Assembly: GCF_021028975.2 (NCBI RefSeq)
Contig: NC_059439.1
Span: 10,974,001-11,038,000, forward strand
Length of the DNA stretch: 64,000 nt
Reading direction: 5' to 3'
DNA from: Sphaerodactylus townsendi
Lineage: Eukaryota
The stretch's first letter is position 1. Each line of letters opens with the position of its first letter. Positions 1-21,804 of this stretch are shown here, piece by piece. The notes under the pieces were generated by a model. It saw only the letters and a program-made list of their open reading frames with translations, was not told the DNA's origin and did no database searches. Made by a program: the position numbers and the translations under genes.

Positions 1-3000
1 CCAGAGCATCATCCCAAAGTGACAGCATATTCTCCAATACTCCACCCATAGCCGCCCTGAGCCCTGCAGTGATAGGGCAGGGTATAAATTGAATTACAAA
101 TACAAAATACAATACCACATCCTCCATAATGCTCTTGGAATTTCTCCAATATCCCTTGTCTTTAATATCTTGGTGTTTGCTGGTGCAGGGCTGGCAATTC
201 TATCCACTAACAACAACAATTTTTCTCCCCATCCACACTGTGAAGAACCTTCCATCAAACCCTCCTGTCCATCAAACACACAGGTGTCTCTATGTGTGCA
301 ATGCACGTAGCTCATATGTACTAATTAAATTGCAGGCTCCAACTCCTAACAGAGACCAGATGTTAAGAAGGTATCCTCGGTTGAGGACCAGAAAGAGCAT
401 CCGCTTAAGCAGATGAAGGCCAAGCTGCTTTGGAGATCATAACCAGGAGACAGCAGGAAACAAAGCTAGTGAATTCATCTTGCTCTGTCTCAGAGAGATC
501 CTGTTATATGACCTTACAATCGAAGTATTTTTGAAGCCTAGTCTTGGAGCTTCCTTTCCCTCGAATCTGTGCAGCAAGATTCCACACCTTATGGAGCCCC
601 ATCCTGGACAGCCTCCTAAGCTTTGTTGACAGCTCAGGGGAGGACTACTTGATCGAATGGCACATTATGAAATGGATCATCCCAGGCTCAGTTCCAGCTG
701 TTTTGTCTAGAGTGCCTCTCCAGCAGTCCAAGCACGCATTCTGAATTTACCTTAGGATATTTAACAGAGCAGAATGTGTCCCTTGGACATGAAAGGACAA
801 TTGGAAAATAATAACAGCCACAATGATAAATATTAATAATCAATAGTTAAAGCCTAACAGCTAATGGGCCATTCACTCAGTGTACCAATAAAAGTGGCGA
901 CGGTGCCATTAACTCAAATTACACCTGCTATAAATATATCCAGCGTTCCTGTTCAAATGTTGGGAGGGAAGAAACCCGATATGGAATTTCAGTGCAGCTT
1001 TAATTAAGAAAAACTGTTCTTCTACGAGAGGACAATCTACAGCAGGTTAATTAAAATGTTATATGTTAAAAAGGCCCATTCATGGGCTCCTCCTGAAATG
1101 GTTGGGCTCCCTTCCTTTCCCTTGCAAGAGAATGCACAGCCAGTTATTTCTTCAAATGGAGCCCATTCTAGAAAACAAAATAAAATCCTTCCACACTTTC
1201 AATGGCTGAGTGAGCATCACATAGAATAAAGCTGTATGTCTAAACAATGCTGAATAAGACCAACCCGAGATGCTTATGGAGGCAGAGATAATTGGGCAGC
1301 GTTCATTCAGTACACAGGTACAACATTCACACAAGCAGTCCATAGTAGCCAACCAAGAATTCATACAGTTGACCGACAAGCCCTACTTCCTTCTCAGTCG
1401 AACCCCTTTCCACCAAAAGCACATGCTCTCCTCTGCCCCTAGCCCTTGACAGCTGATACATTTTGTAAAGCTTCTGAGCACTTGGAATGATCATAAACAT
1501 TCCACAACACCAAATATAGTGGCTGAAGGGGTTTAATTTCCATCACCAAGAACCAAACTCAAGGGGTTTAATTTCTGTCAGCAAGAACCAAACTCACACC
1601 AAGAAAGCAGTCTGATTTTTTAAAATTTTGTTTTCTTACCCTTTTTATCTGATTTGGGGAAACAAACCAGCAAAACTACTGTTTTCCTGCAAGACCACAC
1701 TTTCTGTGCACTAACTTGATCCCACCTTCTAGTACTCTTATCCAAAGCTGGTTTTGATTTTTCAAAAGAGGCAAAAACAGGAACTTGTAACTAGTTCATT
1801 GGGATAAGCATCCTCCCACATGCCCCTCTTCACAGCTGAAGGGATGTGGGGAATATTTTCTGAAAAGAGCAATCCCTCTCCCCAGTACTTTCAATTCCAA
1901 AGAAACAGTTTCCTTTGCTACTGAAAAGAGTCTTGGGGGGGGGGGGGGCAGGATTCACACCACAAGTCCCATCCTCAACATTTCATTTCCTCTCTACTTT
2001 TGTGCTCCAGAATCAAATGAAGCATCAGGCTACTTGTTTCCTTCAGCCAGAGGTCTTTGTGTGAAAAAAGAAAACATGCACAAATTCTTGGCTGTTGCTC
2101 AGGTCTAGGCTCTGGGTGGAGCTGTGGGCATGTCATAATATTTTTTTCTACAAGGCTAGAAGTCTCTACCAGCAACACAAATCCTCTTCTGTTATGTCTC
2201 AGGGAGTCCACGTATTTTACAACGAGGGACAGATGTGGGGGATGAAATGGGAAACCAGAAGAGGAGTGCCAAAAACAAAGGGAGCTTTAATTTCTAAGTC
2301 TTGACCAGATGTGGAAGAGAAACACCTTCATTCTTCTTTCTAGTTACATCCCAAGTACTGAATAGTATGATGGAGTGTATGAACAAGGCCCATAAATAAA
2401 TAAGCAGACAAGTCCTAATAGTACTTTTATTTCTGTTTGAACAACTAATTATCTGGCGGTGGAAGGAATCATCTTTGGTCTTCCATTGTGCAAGCAACAC
2501 ACTTTAATGAATCTCTCTTTGTTTCCCTAGCATTAATAATTTAAAATGTGGATACTCAGTTGTGGACTAAAAGAAGGAGGCAGGTCTCAGAGGAGGGGGC
2601 TGGGGGCTGGGATGCAGCTACAATAGGCTACAGGTCAGGAACAACCATCTTGCCTTTAATCAGCTCCTATTCTGCGAACCCTGTTGTGCTTCGCAACAGT
2701 GACAGTCTCTGGAACGGATCTTGGCTTCTGGTGCCGTCTGTTGGCACAGTACCAGGATTTTAGATGCCTTTGGGCCAGGAGTCTCCACTGGGCCCTGTAA
2801 TCCAGGAAAAGACAGAGTTGCAAGCCAAGAACACTCTCCCAATGCATCTCCGAGTGCTCCCTGCAATATGGGGAGAGGGTGCTGTGGTTGAAGCTGGAGC
2901 CACAGCAAATGGCCAACCTTGCCAGCTTTCTGAGCTGGTCCTGCTGCCTGCTGTAATCTTTCCCTAAGCTGCATCCTGTCTCAATTCCAAGAGCAAAAGA

Positions 3001-5562
3001 AGAGGGAAAGACAGAGAGAGCTGAGTGATCAAAGACACAAAAGGCTGAAAGCAAGGGATAGAGAGACTCTTTGGCCATTTCTGCAAGGCACTATTATACC
3101 GGGTTACAATAGGAGTCTTAAAATTCTGGTCTATTTTATCCCAGTTTTTCCCTTAGCATGGCTGCCCATTTCTGTGAAGGAATCAAGTGGTGACCAGGAG
3201 GAAATACTCCAGTTTGTTTTGCATGAGATGGGGTCTTTTGTATTTACACCACAAGTGTATCTGCACATGTGCAAACATTGCTGGTGTCCCATGTTCTAAT
3301 TGGCTGTTGTTTTGGGGTGGCAGCTTTGCCCTGCCTTTTGAATTGCTGGCACCCGCCTTTACATCTGCTTTACACATTACATTCCCACCCACTTTATCAT
3401 ATTTTTGTGGAAAACGAGAGACACCCCCCCCCCCCGTGATATGCCCACTAACATTCGGCCCAAAGTGCACATCTCCCTAGCACTCCAAGCAACCAGTGCA
3501 TATATAGAAAAGAAAACGGGGACATTTTGGGACTCCACTCCTGATTAACCCAGGCGAAATGGCACCCAGTCGATACCATGAGTAGAAAACATGCTTGGGA
3601 ACACATTTTGGGAAGGGCAGGCTGAAATGGTCAGCAGCTCAGCTGAGTTGAAAACTGACATGACGTCAGGTGGGGAGATCAGAGGGGCAGGAAGCAGGGC
3701 AAGGAGATCAGGCTACTGGGCAGGAAAAATAAACTGGTTCTGCTCCCATGGTGTTTGCATGGTAGCGGCTTCACCATAGGATTTTTGAAAAGAATTGCCA
3801 AATTGGCGATTTTTGAAAATCCCGGGATGAGGGAAATATTGCAGGACAAATCCACTTTAGGACGGGGAACCATGCAAACCTCCTGGCCAGACCGGGATAT
3901 TTCCCTTGCTTAACCCGCGATATTTGGACTGTGCAGAAACTACCTTAGGGTGCTAACCCGTTATGTCAATTTTTCTCCAAGGAACTCAGAGCAGCATTGA
4001 AGCATCATAATTTCCTTGTGAGGATGATTAAATCAGTGGTTGGGAAATGATCTGTTAAATATGGTTACAACAAGAGCCTGCAGAACATGCCACAAACATT
4101 TGAGACCATCACACCCATTTCCTGTACAAGTAAACAGAACCCAACCAATGTGTTTGGCTGACACATCAAAAGTCCTAGTGGCCACAGGCGGACCCCTAGG
4201 CCACCTCGGAGACACTCTGAGAGATCTAGGGCCAAATGATGTGACCGCTTCAGCCCAGAAGTGACAACCAGTCTGATCTCTTGCCCCTGATGGTAGAGGG
4301 GAGCCAGGTGGGGAGGAAAATGTCCGAAGTGGCAGAATGCTGGAAATAAGGCTAAGATGCTGGGGGAAGACTACATGGAACTGCCTTATCCTATGTTGGA
4401 CCCTGAGTCTATCAAAGTCTATTCTGATAGGAACAGGCCTCCAAGGTTTCAGGTAGAGTCTTTACCTACTGCCTGATCCTTTTTTACTGGAGATGCTAGG
4501 GATCAAACCTGTGACCTTCTAAATGCCAAGCAGGTGCTCTACTACTGAACTCTGGTCCCTCCTCAATAATGTAGGTGAGCCAGACTGAGAGAATGTAACT
4601 CCTTCCCCAAGCACAATGTTGAGGTTAAAAAAAAAAAATTTGAAGCAAAGAAAGCAGATCTATAAACTAACAAAGATGGCTGCCCTAACATGTCTGGTTG
4701 AGAGAGGGTCATTTTGTCAAGGCAAGGAAATCAAAACAAACAGATGTCAAACAAATCCAACAAATCAAAACTTTTCTCAAGGTCAGAAGGCATCTGGTAT
4801 GAAAACTCAGACTGAGTTCAAAAGGAAGGCAAAAGAAGCTAGGCCGGAAGCACGCTGGGGAGCAAAGCAGAGGTAACTTTTGACCTGAGGAAGTTTCTAT
4901 GGACTTACAAAGAGAGCAGAGGTGCATGGAGAATCATGGCAATGCTCACAAAGCAAGCAGCACTGGCGCACTAAGGAGCAATCTATCAGCAACCATAACC
5001 TGGCGATCCTTCCCCACCTAGTGATCTTTCCCCACCTGGCGATCCTTCCCCACTGTGCAATCACTGTCACTGTGCATGGGAGTATCCTCCATGCTTTCCT
5101 TGGTCAACCATTTTCTCCCATGCCAAAAGAGTGATTTTTTTTGCTTTCCTAAAGAAACAATAGTAGTTGCGCATCTCCAGCCAAAAGCCCTCCAGATGCA
5201 GGAGAGTGGAGGCTCAAGAAAATGACAGCAGCGAATTAGTGCCAACGTGGGCAGGAGGTTCAAAAATACATACCTTCTCATCCTAAGAAAACCTGCTTTG
5301 ATAGCAATGTTTCAGGAAAGATCAAAGCTGGTTTGATCAAGATTGGTGCAAAGCAGAGGAAACCATGGAAAGGGGATGACTGGAGGATTCACACATCATA
5401 GTCCTCCCAAAAACACTGTTCCATTTTTGAATGGAAAGATGGAGCAAAACAGCAAGATGGATGCAACCTTGAATGTTTATCACAGAGCCTTAGGGGAGGT
5501 GTTGGGAGGAGACTCACAGTGCTGTGCTCTGCAGAGCTATTACAGTCTAAAAAGGAAAACAT

Positions 5563-5842
5563 GATCCCTTGGGCAAGCACTGAGTCCTTACTGACCCACT
5601 GGATGATGTCACGTCATGACAACATTTACTGGACAGACTATGTTTACAGAGTAGTTTGCCATTGCCTTCCCCAGTCATCTACACTTTATCCCCAGCAAGC
5701 TGGGTACTCATTTCACCAGCCTCAGAAGGAAGAAAGGCTGAGCCAACCTTGAGCCAGTTGCCTGAACCTAACTTCTGTTGGGATTGAACTCAGAGCTTTG
5801 ACTGCAGTACTGCAACTTTACTACATTGTGCCACAGGACTCC
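5563..5842 (-). mobile_element. Sauria-type SINE
   Basis: Reverse complement matches the Sauria SINE body (aagctgcagtactgcagtc...ggttggctcagccttc...agtacccagcttgctgggg...ggggaaggcaatggcaaac). Confidence 0.7.
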
Positions 5843-5844
5843 TA

Positions 5845-6125
5845 GGGCCTTTCCCCACTCACTGTTTGCTGCGCGCTACTCTTGCCAAGCAATGCGGGGT
5901 CCAGCAGCACTCCCCACTACAGGGGCGGCGACAACGCAGCCGCCCCGACTCTGCCGCTCTCGCGCCCCTCAGCGCGCGTCATTTCTGGTGCTGCTGAAAA
6001 TGGCACCTTTTGATGACCCTGCGCTCTGCGTAGGGCAGTGGGGAAGCCGGGGAACACAATCCCCGCGCTGAAAAGGTCCACGCTGGATGGAACCGACGTC
6101 ATTTTTAAAAGTGGGGAAACGGCCC
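5845..6125. mobile_element. MITE with terminal inverted repeats (TIRs) GGGCC(T/G)TTTCCCCACT (PIF/Harbinger- or Tc1-like)
   Basis: Inverted termini flanked by TA; GC/CpG-rich interior suggests a young copy. Confidence 0.6.
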
Positions 6126-6969
6126 TAGTCTAATGTATTGTTGAAGGCTTTCACAGCTGGATTAATTGAAATCAGACTGGAGTGACTCTGCATAGGATAG
6201 CAGTGGGCTTTGCTCCAGGGTAAATGTGTGTAGAACCACAGCTTTAGGCACAACCTACACATTGATCCTGGAGCAAAGCCCACGAACAAAGTAGGATTTA
6301 CTCCTGATCAGACAAGTGCAAAATTGCACTGTAAATCTCCAAAAAGGACACTGTGCCTTTTCAACAAGGACTTTACTAGAGATGCCCCACACCTTATGTA
6401 TAGATACACCACAGGTCTGAAACTCTGAAATTCAGTCCTGCCCAGCAGCCCCACCCACACAGTTCCAAATGCTGGGCTTTTCAGGCTCTTAAACGACTTC
6501 AAGTATAACATTATCCCATTGCAGGATCTATTTACCCTGTGCTCATAAAAGCTGATTAACTCAATGGGCAAGAACCACTCCAAGCTCCCCAGCAAGGATA
6601 ATGTCCATAAATTGGGGGACATAATAGAGAGAGAGCGCCTTTTCTCCAGGCTGCACGGTTAGGTGGTGATTAACTTGATGGTCCATTAGCCATGAATAAA
6701 GACCTCACCGGGACAGATAGGGCCACAGAAAAGTTGCAAGTAAATACCAGAGGGCTGGAAACCTGGATTAAAGCGAGCAGGGACTCACAGGCAATAGTTA
6801 TTTTCCAATAATGACAGGCAACAAGGTTCAAACCACAGCCCACAACCTGGAAAGTTTTTCCTTAAATTCATCCCAGATATGTAAGGGAGTGACATTCTGC
6901 ACAATCTCTGCAGCCGCCCCAATCCAGGATGTAGGTAAGGGGGGGGGGGGTATTCCCAGTTTTAAACCC

Positions 6970-7250
6970 CTCCCATTACATGTCTGAAGCTCTGCACTGT
7001 TTGTGGGGTTTTTTTGTAATTTTAAGTGTTTTTTCAATTTTTGGCCTGCAGGGAACGCAGTTTTTAGACTAGCAGCACCAACATTTCATGGATTTGATGG
7101 GAGTCTCTCCTGATGATACCACCCAGGTTAGGTGAGGTTTGGTTCAGGGGGTCCAAAATTATGGACTCCCAAAGGGGGTCCTCCCATCTCCCATTGTTTC
7201 CAATGGGAGCTAATAGAAGATGGGGCTACACCTTTGAGGGTCCATAACTT
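6970..7250 (+). mobile_element. Fragment of the same non-autonomous hAT family as 47391-50048
   Basis: Shares ttttggcctgcaggg...ctagcagcacc...tttggttcaggggg...gagggtccataactt with 47570-47785. Confidence 0.65.
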
Positions 7251-7357
7251 AGGTGCTGCTAAGAGAAGAAATGTGGCTCCTGATGAGAACAGTTAAAACA
7301 TCCTTCTTTGGTCTCAGCCTGCAATTTGGAGTAAAGATGCATTTCGCTGGCTGCCTG

Positions 7358-7893
7358 TGTAACCTCTAACTGTGGGTTCTGTGGGGCAGAACTTGGAAGG
7401 AGTTGCAAAGAACTAAATTTTAAAACAAAATGGTTTACTTAACAAATAACACTTTGAACATTTACATTTAACATTAACAATTTACAGTCCTTCTAGGATG
7501 CATTTCAAGTCCTTATCTTGACAATTTACTGATAAATGCCAAGTCCAATTCTTCCTGCTGGTGGTTGGCTTATGAAGACTTCAGAGGCTTGGTGAATGGG
7601 ATCCAAGATGATGAAGGTCCCCAAACGAACTCCCATCAATTACATACATAGCAAGCCCTGAAACAATAAATTCTAACATTTACAATTATAGCAAAAATAA
7701 CCAACTCCCTTCCCACTAGTTCCCAACAATCTTTGCAGTTACCTTAAACAAGGTGTTAAGAGCTTATAACGGATTAAATCAAGGTCCCAGCCTGGTAGCC
7801 TTGCTTCCTCCAACTTCACCAGTTTTTGCAGCCTCTGCTGCTTTGAGTCTCCACCCCTTTCTGGGTCAACTCATTCTGATCATAGGGGTTACA
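7358..7893. mobile_element. Probable solo LTR
   Basis: TGTAACC...GGTTACA termini with 4-bp direct repeat CCTG (7354-7357 and 7894-7897). Confidence 0.55.
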
Positions 7894-9129
7894 CCTGCAT
7901 TCTGCTCCGAGGCCCCCCTGGCCACCCACCCATCATCTCTCCACATGAGCTACATCAGAATGTCTTTCTCTCGTCCTCTCCTGCCTCCAACCACGACACA
8001 CAAAGAACCAGAGAGAACTTAATAGATAGCAAATTACAGATAGGATAACGATGCAATTGAGATGAAGGGTAACTGCTGTATATTGATCTGGTTAATGAGT
8101 TGGAAATGCAAAATTACGGCATTTGGAACTTTTAAACATTAAGAACGGGCAGACCTGAAGGGAGCCTCGTTTCACCTGCAATTCACCCTTGCCATGCTCT
8201 TCAAACTGGCAGGACTTCTCTGTCAAGTTTCAGGTCTGCTGATTTTACTAGCGTGCATGAAGATCAGGAAGGCTTTCCCCTGTATAGGATGATGTATCCT
8301 CCCAGGACCAAAACTTAGTTCATGGTGGGGAAAAGGTAAACTACAGTCATTTTGTGGTGCAAGATAAACACTATGTACAAGCACAAAAACCTTCCTTGCA
8401 TTAGTATTTTACCTTCCAGTCCAAAGCACCAGCGCATAAAACTGCAAGTAGCAGAGTGCTGGACTAGATGGACTCTGATCTGATCCAGCAGGCTCTTTCT
8501 CCGATCCAGATTGGTGCTCCATAAAGGAGCTGAGGTCCGCATTTAGTATTTAATACTTTCAGTGCGCAGAACACATGTTCTCATGTTCTTAGTAATTGAG
8601 CTCCTGAACCTAGCCTAATCTTATCTTACCTTTCATCATTGGATAACTTCTTGGTGTTGCTCACTTTGCACCTTGCTTCAGTGGTATTAGCAGTGGGACA
8701 GCATGCAGTCCTCATGGTGTTTAAGGTTGGCTGCTGATTTACCATCCCATACCCTGAATTCACACAGTATGTAGGGAGACAGCCTCATCATCTGTTCCAT
8801 GATTATGTGATTCCCTTCTTTTAAAGGTTACCAAAGTTCATCTGGATGTTTCCAGAACAGGGGTGAAAATAAGCCAGAACAGGTCAGTACAGAATACTGG
8901 TAAGAAAGTGGGGGAAGAGCTATACCTCCCATATTTTGCTTCAAGCCCTCAGAAAGAAACAGTACCCAGCAAGAAATTTAGGTTACTTGTTCCAGAATAG
9001 CCGTAACATTTCCTTGTTGGGCCTGGGTAAATGGCTCACTTGTCTCTTAAGGGATTCTATTGATTACCTGGGATCTTGCCCAAATTCTTCCCAGGAACCC
9101 GGTCTAGTCCGGCAGCATACATGAGTAAT

Positions 9130-9352
9130 GTATTGTCAAAGGCTTTCATGGCCGGATTCACCTGGTTGTTGTGGGTTTTCCGGGCTGTGGGGCTGTGGTC
9201 TGGTAGATCTTGTTCCTAACGTTTCCTAACGTGTGTAACAGACGTCTCTCTGTGATACACCTCTGAAGATGCCGGCCACAGATGCAGGCGAAACATTAGG
9301 AACAAGATCCACTAGACCACAGCCACACAGCCCGGAAAACCCACAACAACCA
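9130..9352. mobile_element. Penelope-like element remnant (inverted pseudo-LTRs) with a degenerate hammerhead
   Basis: Palindromic arms; ctctgaagatgccggccacagatgcaggcgaaacattagg. Confidence 0.7.
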
Positions 9353-10467
9353 ATGTATGAATAGCATTACTCTATTGTACTCTCACAGCAACCTTGTGCA
9401 GTGGGTGATGCTGAGAGATCGTAGCTTCTCCAATGTAATTCTATGACGTTCATGACTGAGCAGACATTTCGACCCAAATTTACTCAAAGTCTACAGTAAC
9501 ACTCCACCCACCCACACCCCTCGATATTTCATGGTATTGGCCTGATTTTTCTCCTTGAGTTTTTAAATAATGGTGAATGAGCTTTAAACCAGAACAGAAA
9601 TTTAGATAGAAAAGGACATATTCTAGAGCTAAGCCTAGCACCTATTTTTCCCTGTGCTTTGAACAGCATCAAGCAATGCAGTTGATTAATTTTTTCCCCC
9701 CAGCCTCTTTGCCCTAGGAAAAGAGTCAAACCTGAATGGCAACTTATAGTTTACTGAAAGTATCAAACAGAGGCTCAGGAATGGTTTTGAAGGAACCATT
9801 TGATACAATCCTAGCTTATATCATTCATGTGCACAAAGGCTGTGAAGTAACATTTTCATCTGCTGGCAGCAAAATAAATTCATGATTGTGTGTGTATTGC
9901 ATCGCCTTCAGATGTAGGCTTGTGGTATTGCTGTGAACTCAGCAATCTCATCTGAGGCAAGAACTCATTAGGCAGTGATAGGCAGGCTTCAACAAATAAA
10001 AAATATGAACAAAAAAAACCACATCAACAAAGTATCCAAAGGACATCAGATAGTTCAGGTCATGAGGCTGTAAATTATTTTGGCTCAGCCTTTGGTAATA
10101 AATACTAGCTCCTGGTGAGGTTCGCCTCGCTTTTCTGTAATTTGCTCTGGTGCTCTTCTTCTCCACAATTTTCCTGACTTTTATGTGGACTGCTATCTCG
10201 CACCCTTCTCCTTGCCTACACCCCTTAGAGAAAGAAAGAGGCAAAAAGAAGTCAGAAAAGGAAATTGGATCTCATCAGACAAGAGGACTGGAAGGTGGAA
10301 GCCTTACCTGGTACTTTGGAGAGCCAGTCAGCACAGAACACGCGCTCTTCATGGACCAACAATTCATAGGGCAGATTTGTTTGTTCGTATATTCTTAATC
10401 TAACTGAAGGCTTCACTTCAAATGAGGATATTTACTGTGCAAGCCTCAGTGGAAAGAATGAGAAGGT

Positions 10468-10742
10468 GCAGCAGTGGCGTAGTGGTTAACAGCAGGTGTA
10501 CTCTAATCTGGTGGAACCGGATTTGATTCCCCGCTCTGCCACCTGAGCTGTGGAGGTTTATCTGGGGAATTCAGATTAGTCTGTACACTCCCACACACGC
10601 CAGCTGGGCTAGTCACAGTTCTTCTGAGCTCTCTCAGCCCCACCTACCTCACTTGTGAGGGGAGAAGGGAAAGGAGTTTGTAAGCCCCTTTGAGTCTCCT
10701 ATAGGAGAGAAAGGGGGGATATAAATCAAAACTCTTCTTCTC
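10468..10742 (+). mobile_element. tRNA-derived squamate SINE (Squam3-like, L2-type tail)
   Basis: A/B-box-like head (gtggcgtagtggttaa...gattcccc) and tail gtaagcccctttgagtctcc...ggatataaat; further copies at about 23788-24012, 29478-29676 and 47303-50268. Confidence 0.75.
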
Positions 10743-11679
10743 CTTGTTCTTGTGTAGGAATGTTTCTGGAGAGATTGTGCCCCATTTTTCTTAGCAAGAG
10801 ACGATGCCTTTTGGATTTTAGGCTCAAGCCCCAGACTTATGGGGAGGTGCCCTTTCCAAAATGAACAACCCCTTTAAGTCTTGGCTGAATGATGCTGCCT
10901 GATCATTCACCTTGTGTGCTTTCCCCGCTGAACTGCAGGATTCCCACTGAAATCAACTCCTTTTAAAGCATTCAGGTAGCACCCTCATGTGGCTGAAACG
11001 AACTAGACAGAAACCCAGCAATTCTTGCTAAATAGTGCCTGCAACAAGCTCAACTGTGCGGCTCTGCTGACAATTCTGTATGCCCTCTCCAATCCCTGAC
11101 AGAGAGTTCAATTTGTGAAATTTTCAAGGCGTGGGAACAGTTCTACTAAGCATAAAACCCAACATGTTTGGGGATGCTTAGTGTAGAGAGGTGGTGACTA
11201 AGGAGAATGTGAGGCAGGTAGATAAAATTTAGAGTATGGGAAAGCTTTATCCCTTTCCAAACTTTGGGTGTTTCACAAGAGAACAAAGAGAATTCCTCCT
11301 AGGTCATTTCTAAAGCAGAACATGGCACAGGGGGAAACTTAAAGGCCCCCACTCCCTATGCCACCTTCCTGATTTGAACCGATACATTGTTTATCAGATC
11401 AGTGTTTTTTTCAAGTGCAAGGGGTTCTATATGCAGAGTCCCTGGCATATCAGAATTCCACCCAATGAAAGCGATTGATGCTATGTTCCAGTTTTGGACA
11501 GACAAGGAGGATGTGCTTCTGACACAATCCCTAACTAACTGCTGATGGCTGACCATTTGAGTTGGTGGTGCACCAGAAGGACACCTCCTGCCAAAAGCAA
11601 AAATTCCTCAGTTAATCAATAAAATGTAATTTCTTAGAAGGACGCCAGTGTCCCCACTGATTATTATTACCAGCACTGG

Positions 11680-12170
11680 GAGAAGGCTTTTTAGTTCAGG
11701 GTGGGGTTTAGGTACAGAGTGCGGCATCAAGCACAGAGACAGTACTGCTAAACACACGGCCCCCTGGTTTCCAGCTTGAATAGTCCATCCATCTTCACCA
11801 GATAGTCTATGTGGGGCCAGCCTTGATCCCAGAAGCAGTGGCAAAAATCTGTGCTGCCGGCAGGTACTAGCTTGGACATGGCCGGACAGGAAGGCAGCAA
11901 GCAAGATGTAGTCAAGGCAGGCCGGAGTCATGGCAAGCAGCAGGCAAAAGCGTAGTTCGAAACAGTCTAGTGTCAGAACAGGCAATGCACAGGTAGGAGA
12001 TCAGGTAGGCAGGTTGGGAGTTGGAGGTCAGAGGAAGACCACACGTGGAGCTTACCAGTATCTGAACACATTGATGGTGAGGCAGGCAGGCAGGCAGAGT
12101 TTTTATATACTCCTGTCACCCACTTTTCCTCCTTATAGCTCTCATGATCCTCATCAGACCTTTTCTGGAT
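11680..12170 (-). mobile_element. Degenerate Gypsy-type LTR upstream of copy A
   Basis: Repetitive gtagtc..gcaggc-type units typical of vertebrate Gypsy LTR R/U5 read antisense; TATATAAAA on the minus strand at 12100-12109; termini not resolved. Confidence 0.45.
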
Positions 12171-12534
12171 AGAGTAAGAGGACCTCTCCTTCCTTTCTCA
12201 GCAGCAGAAAAGCTGGTTGGATCCCAACTGGATGGGTCCTTCACCTCAAACCTGAGGGGAAAAGGTGCTTCTATGGCCATTTCAAGAAGTAGGAACTGAG
12301 ATCCAAAGACTGCAAAGTGCCCAAAGTGGCTGCAAAGAGCCCACAGTAAGATGGTCCATGGAAATCACATACATACAAGGCCTCCATCTGGCAGTCCAGG
12401 ATCTAGACGACTTCTGAGGTACATCATCTTGCCCCGCTCTTCCCATGCTGTGATATACTTAAGCAATAAGGGGATCACAAGCAAAGCAGGGGAAAGGATT
12501 TGGGCAAGCACCTTGCATTGTGAAATCCCTGCAC

Positions 12535-12795
12535 TGTAGTGTGCTCATGAGATTTTGCTACCAAGTCTTTCTCACCAGACACAAGGTTAGAAAAGTGTGC
12601 TGACTCCAAAGCACTGTTTTGCTTTTGGGCAAGCCGAGTCCCCCTACCCTCAATTTCACAACCTGCAAAATGGCTGCACCACATGTAGGCCAAGAGTGAT
12701 GTCATAAAACACTTCTGATGTGGCAACACATGGAGTGGGTTTTGAATCTGAGAGGCCAGGCCACACCAGTCATTGAGTACAGAGGTCACCTGTGG
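12535..12795 (+). promoter_or_regulatory. Putative promoter and 5' UTR exon of copy A (CRE-like TGATGTCA overlapping TATA-like CATAAAA)
   Basis: TGATGTCATAAAA at 12697-12709, donor TGG|gtgagt at 12795/12796; the motif is kept in all three paralogous promoter copies. Confidence 0.55.
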
Positions 12796-12999
12796 GTGAG
12801 TGACATGGGGGACTAAAAACCTAGAAAGGAAGAGGTTCTGGGGCTCAAAATCTAACCAGAGGCCACAATAACAGACCCTCCCCCAGTACCAGGCATCTGG
12901 AATCCAAAAACCAGCATTTGGGCCAAATTTCCAAATATATCTGCTTTTATTAACCTCCCTCTCTCCTCAGCTACAGTGAGGACAAGGTCTTTTGGAGCT

Positions 13000-21804
<8,805 letters not shown>

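Larger units (their letters stand above)
2660..12071 (-). other. Speculative spliced orphan ORF or lncRNA: complement join(12071-12056,10403-10308,8753-8630,2975-2660), 183 aa
   Basis: Strong GTAAG donors at 12055, 10307 and 8629; AG acceptors; phase-compatible open frame; TATA at 12100-12109; AATAAA on the minus strand at 2431-2426; no recognisable homology. Confidence 0.25.

Noticed and set aside
2656-3078. 140-aa minus-strand ORF as IL11, TMEM190 or another GARIN neighbour gene
   Set aside because: No recognisable motif; its N-terminal part is a polypyrimidine tract. Kept only as the candidate terminal exon, in another frame.
9948-10226. Minus-strand exon via an 81-nt intron (10307-10227)
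   Set aside because: Plausible alternative acceptor, but it hits a stop at once in the frame of the 4-exon model and has no homology; not supported further.
10468-10545. tRNA gene
   Set aside because: This is the tRNA-derived head of a SINE, continuing into the SINE body and tail.
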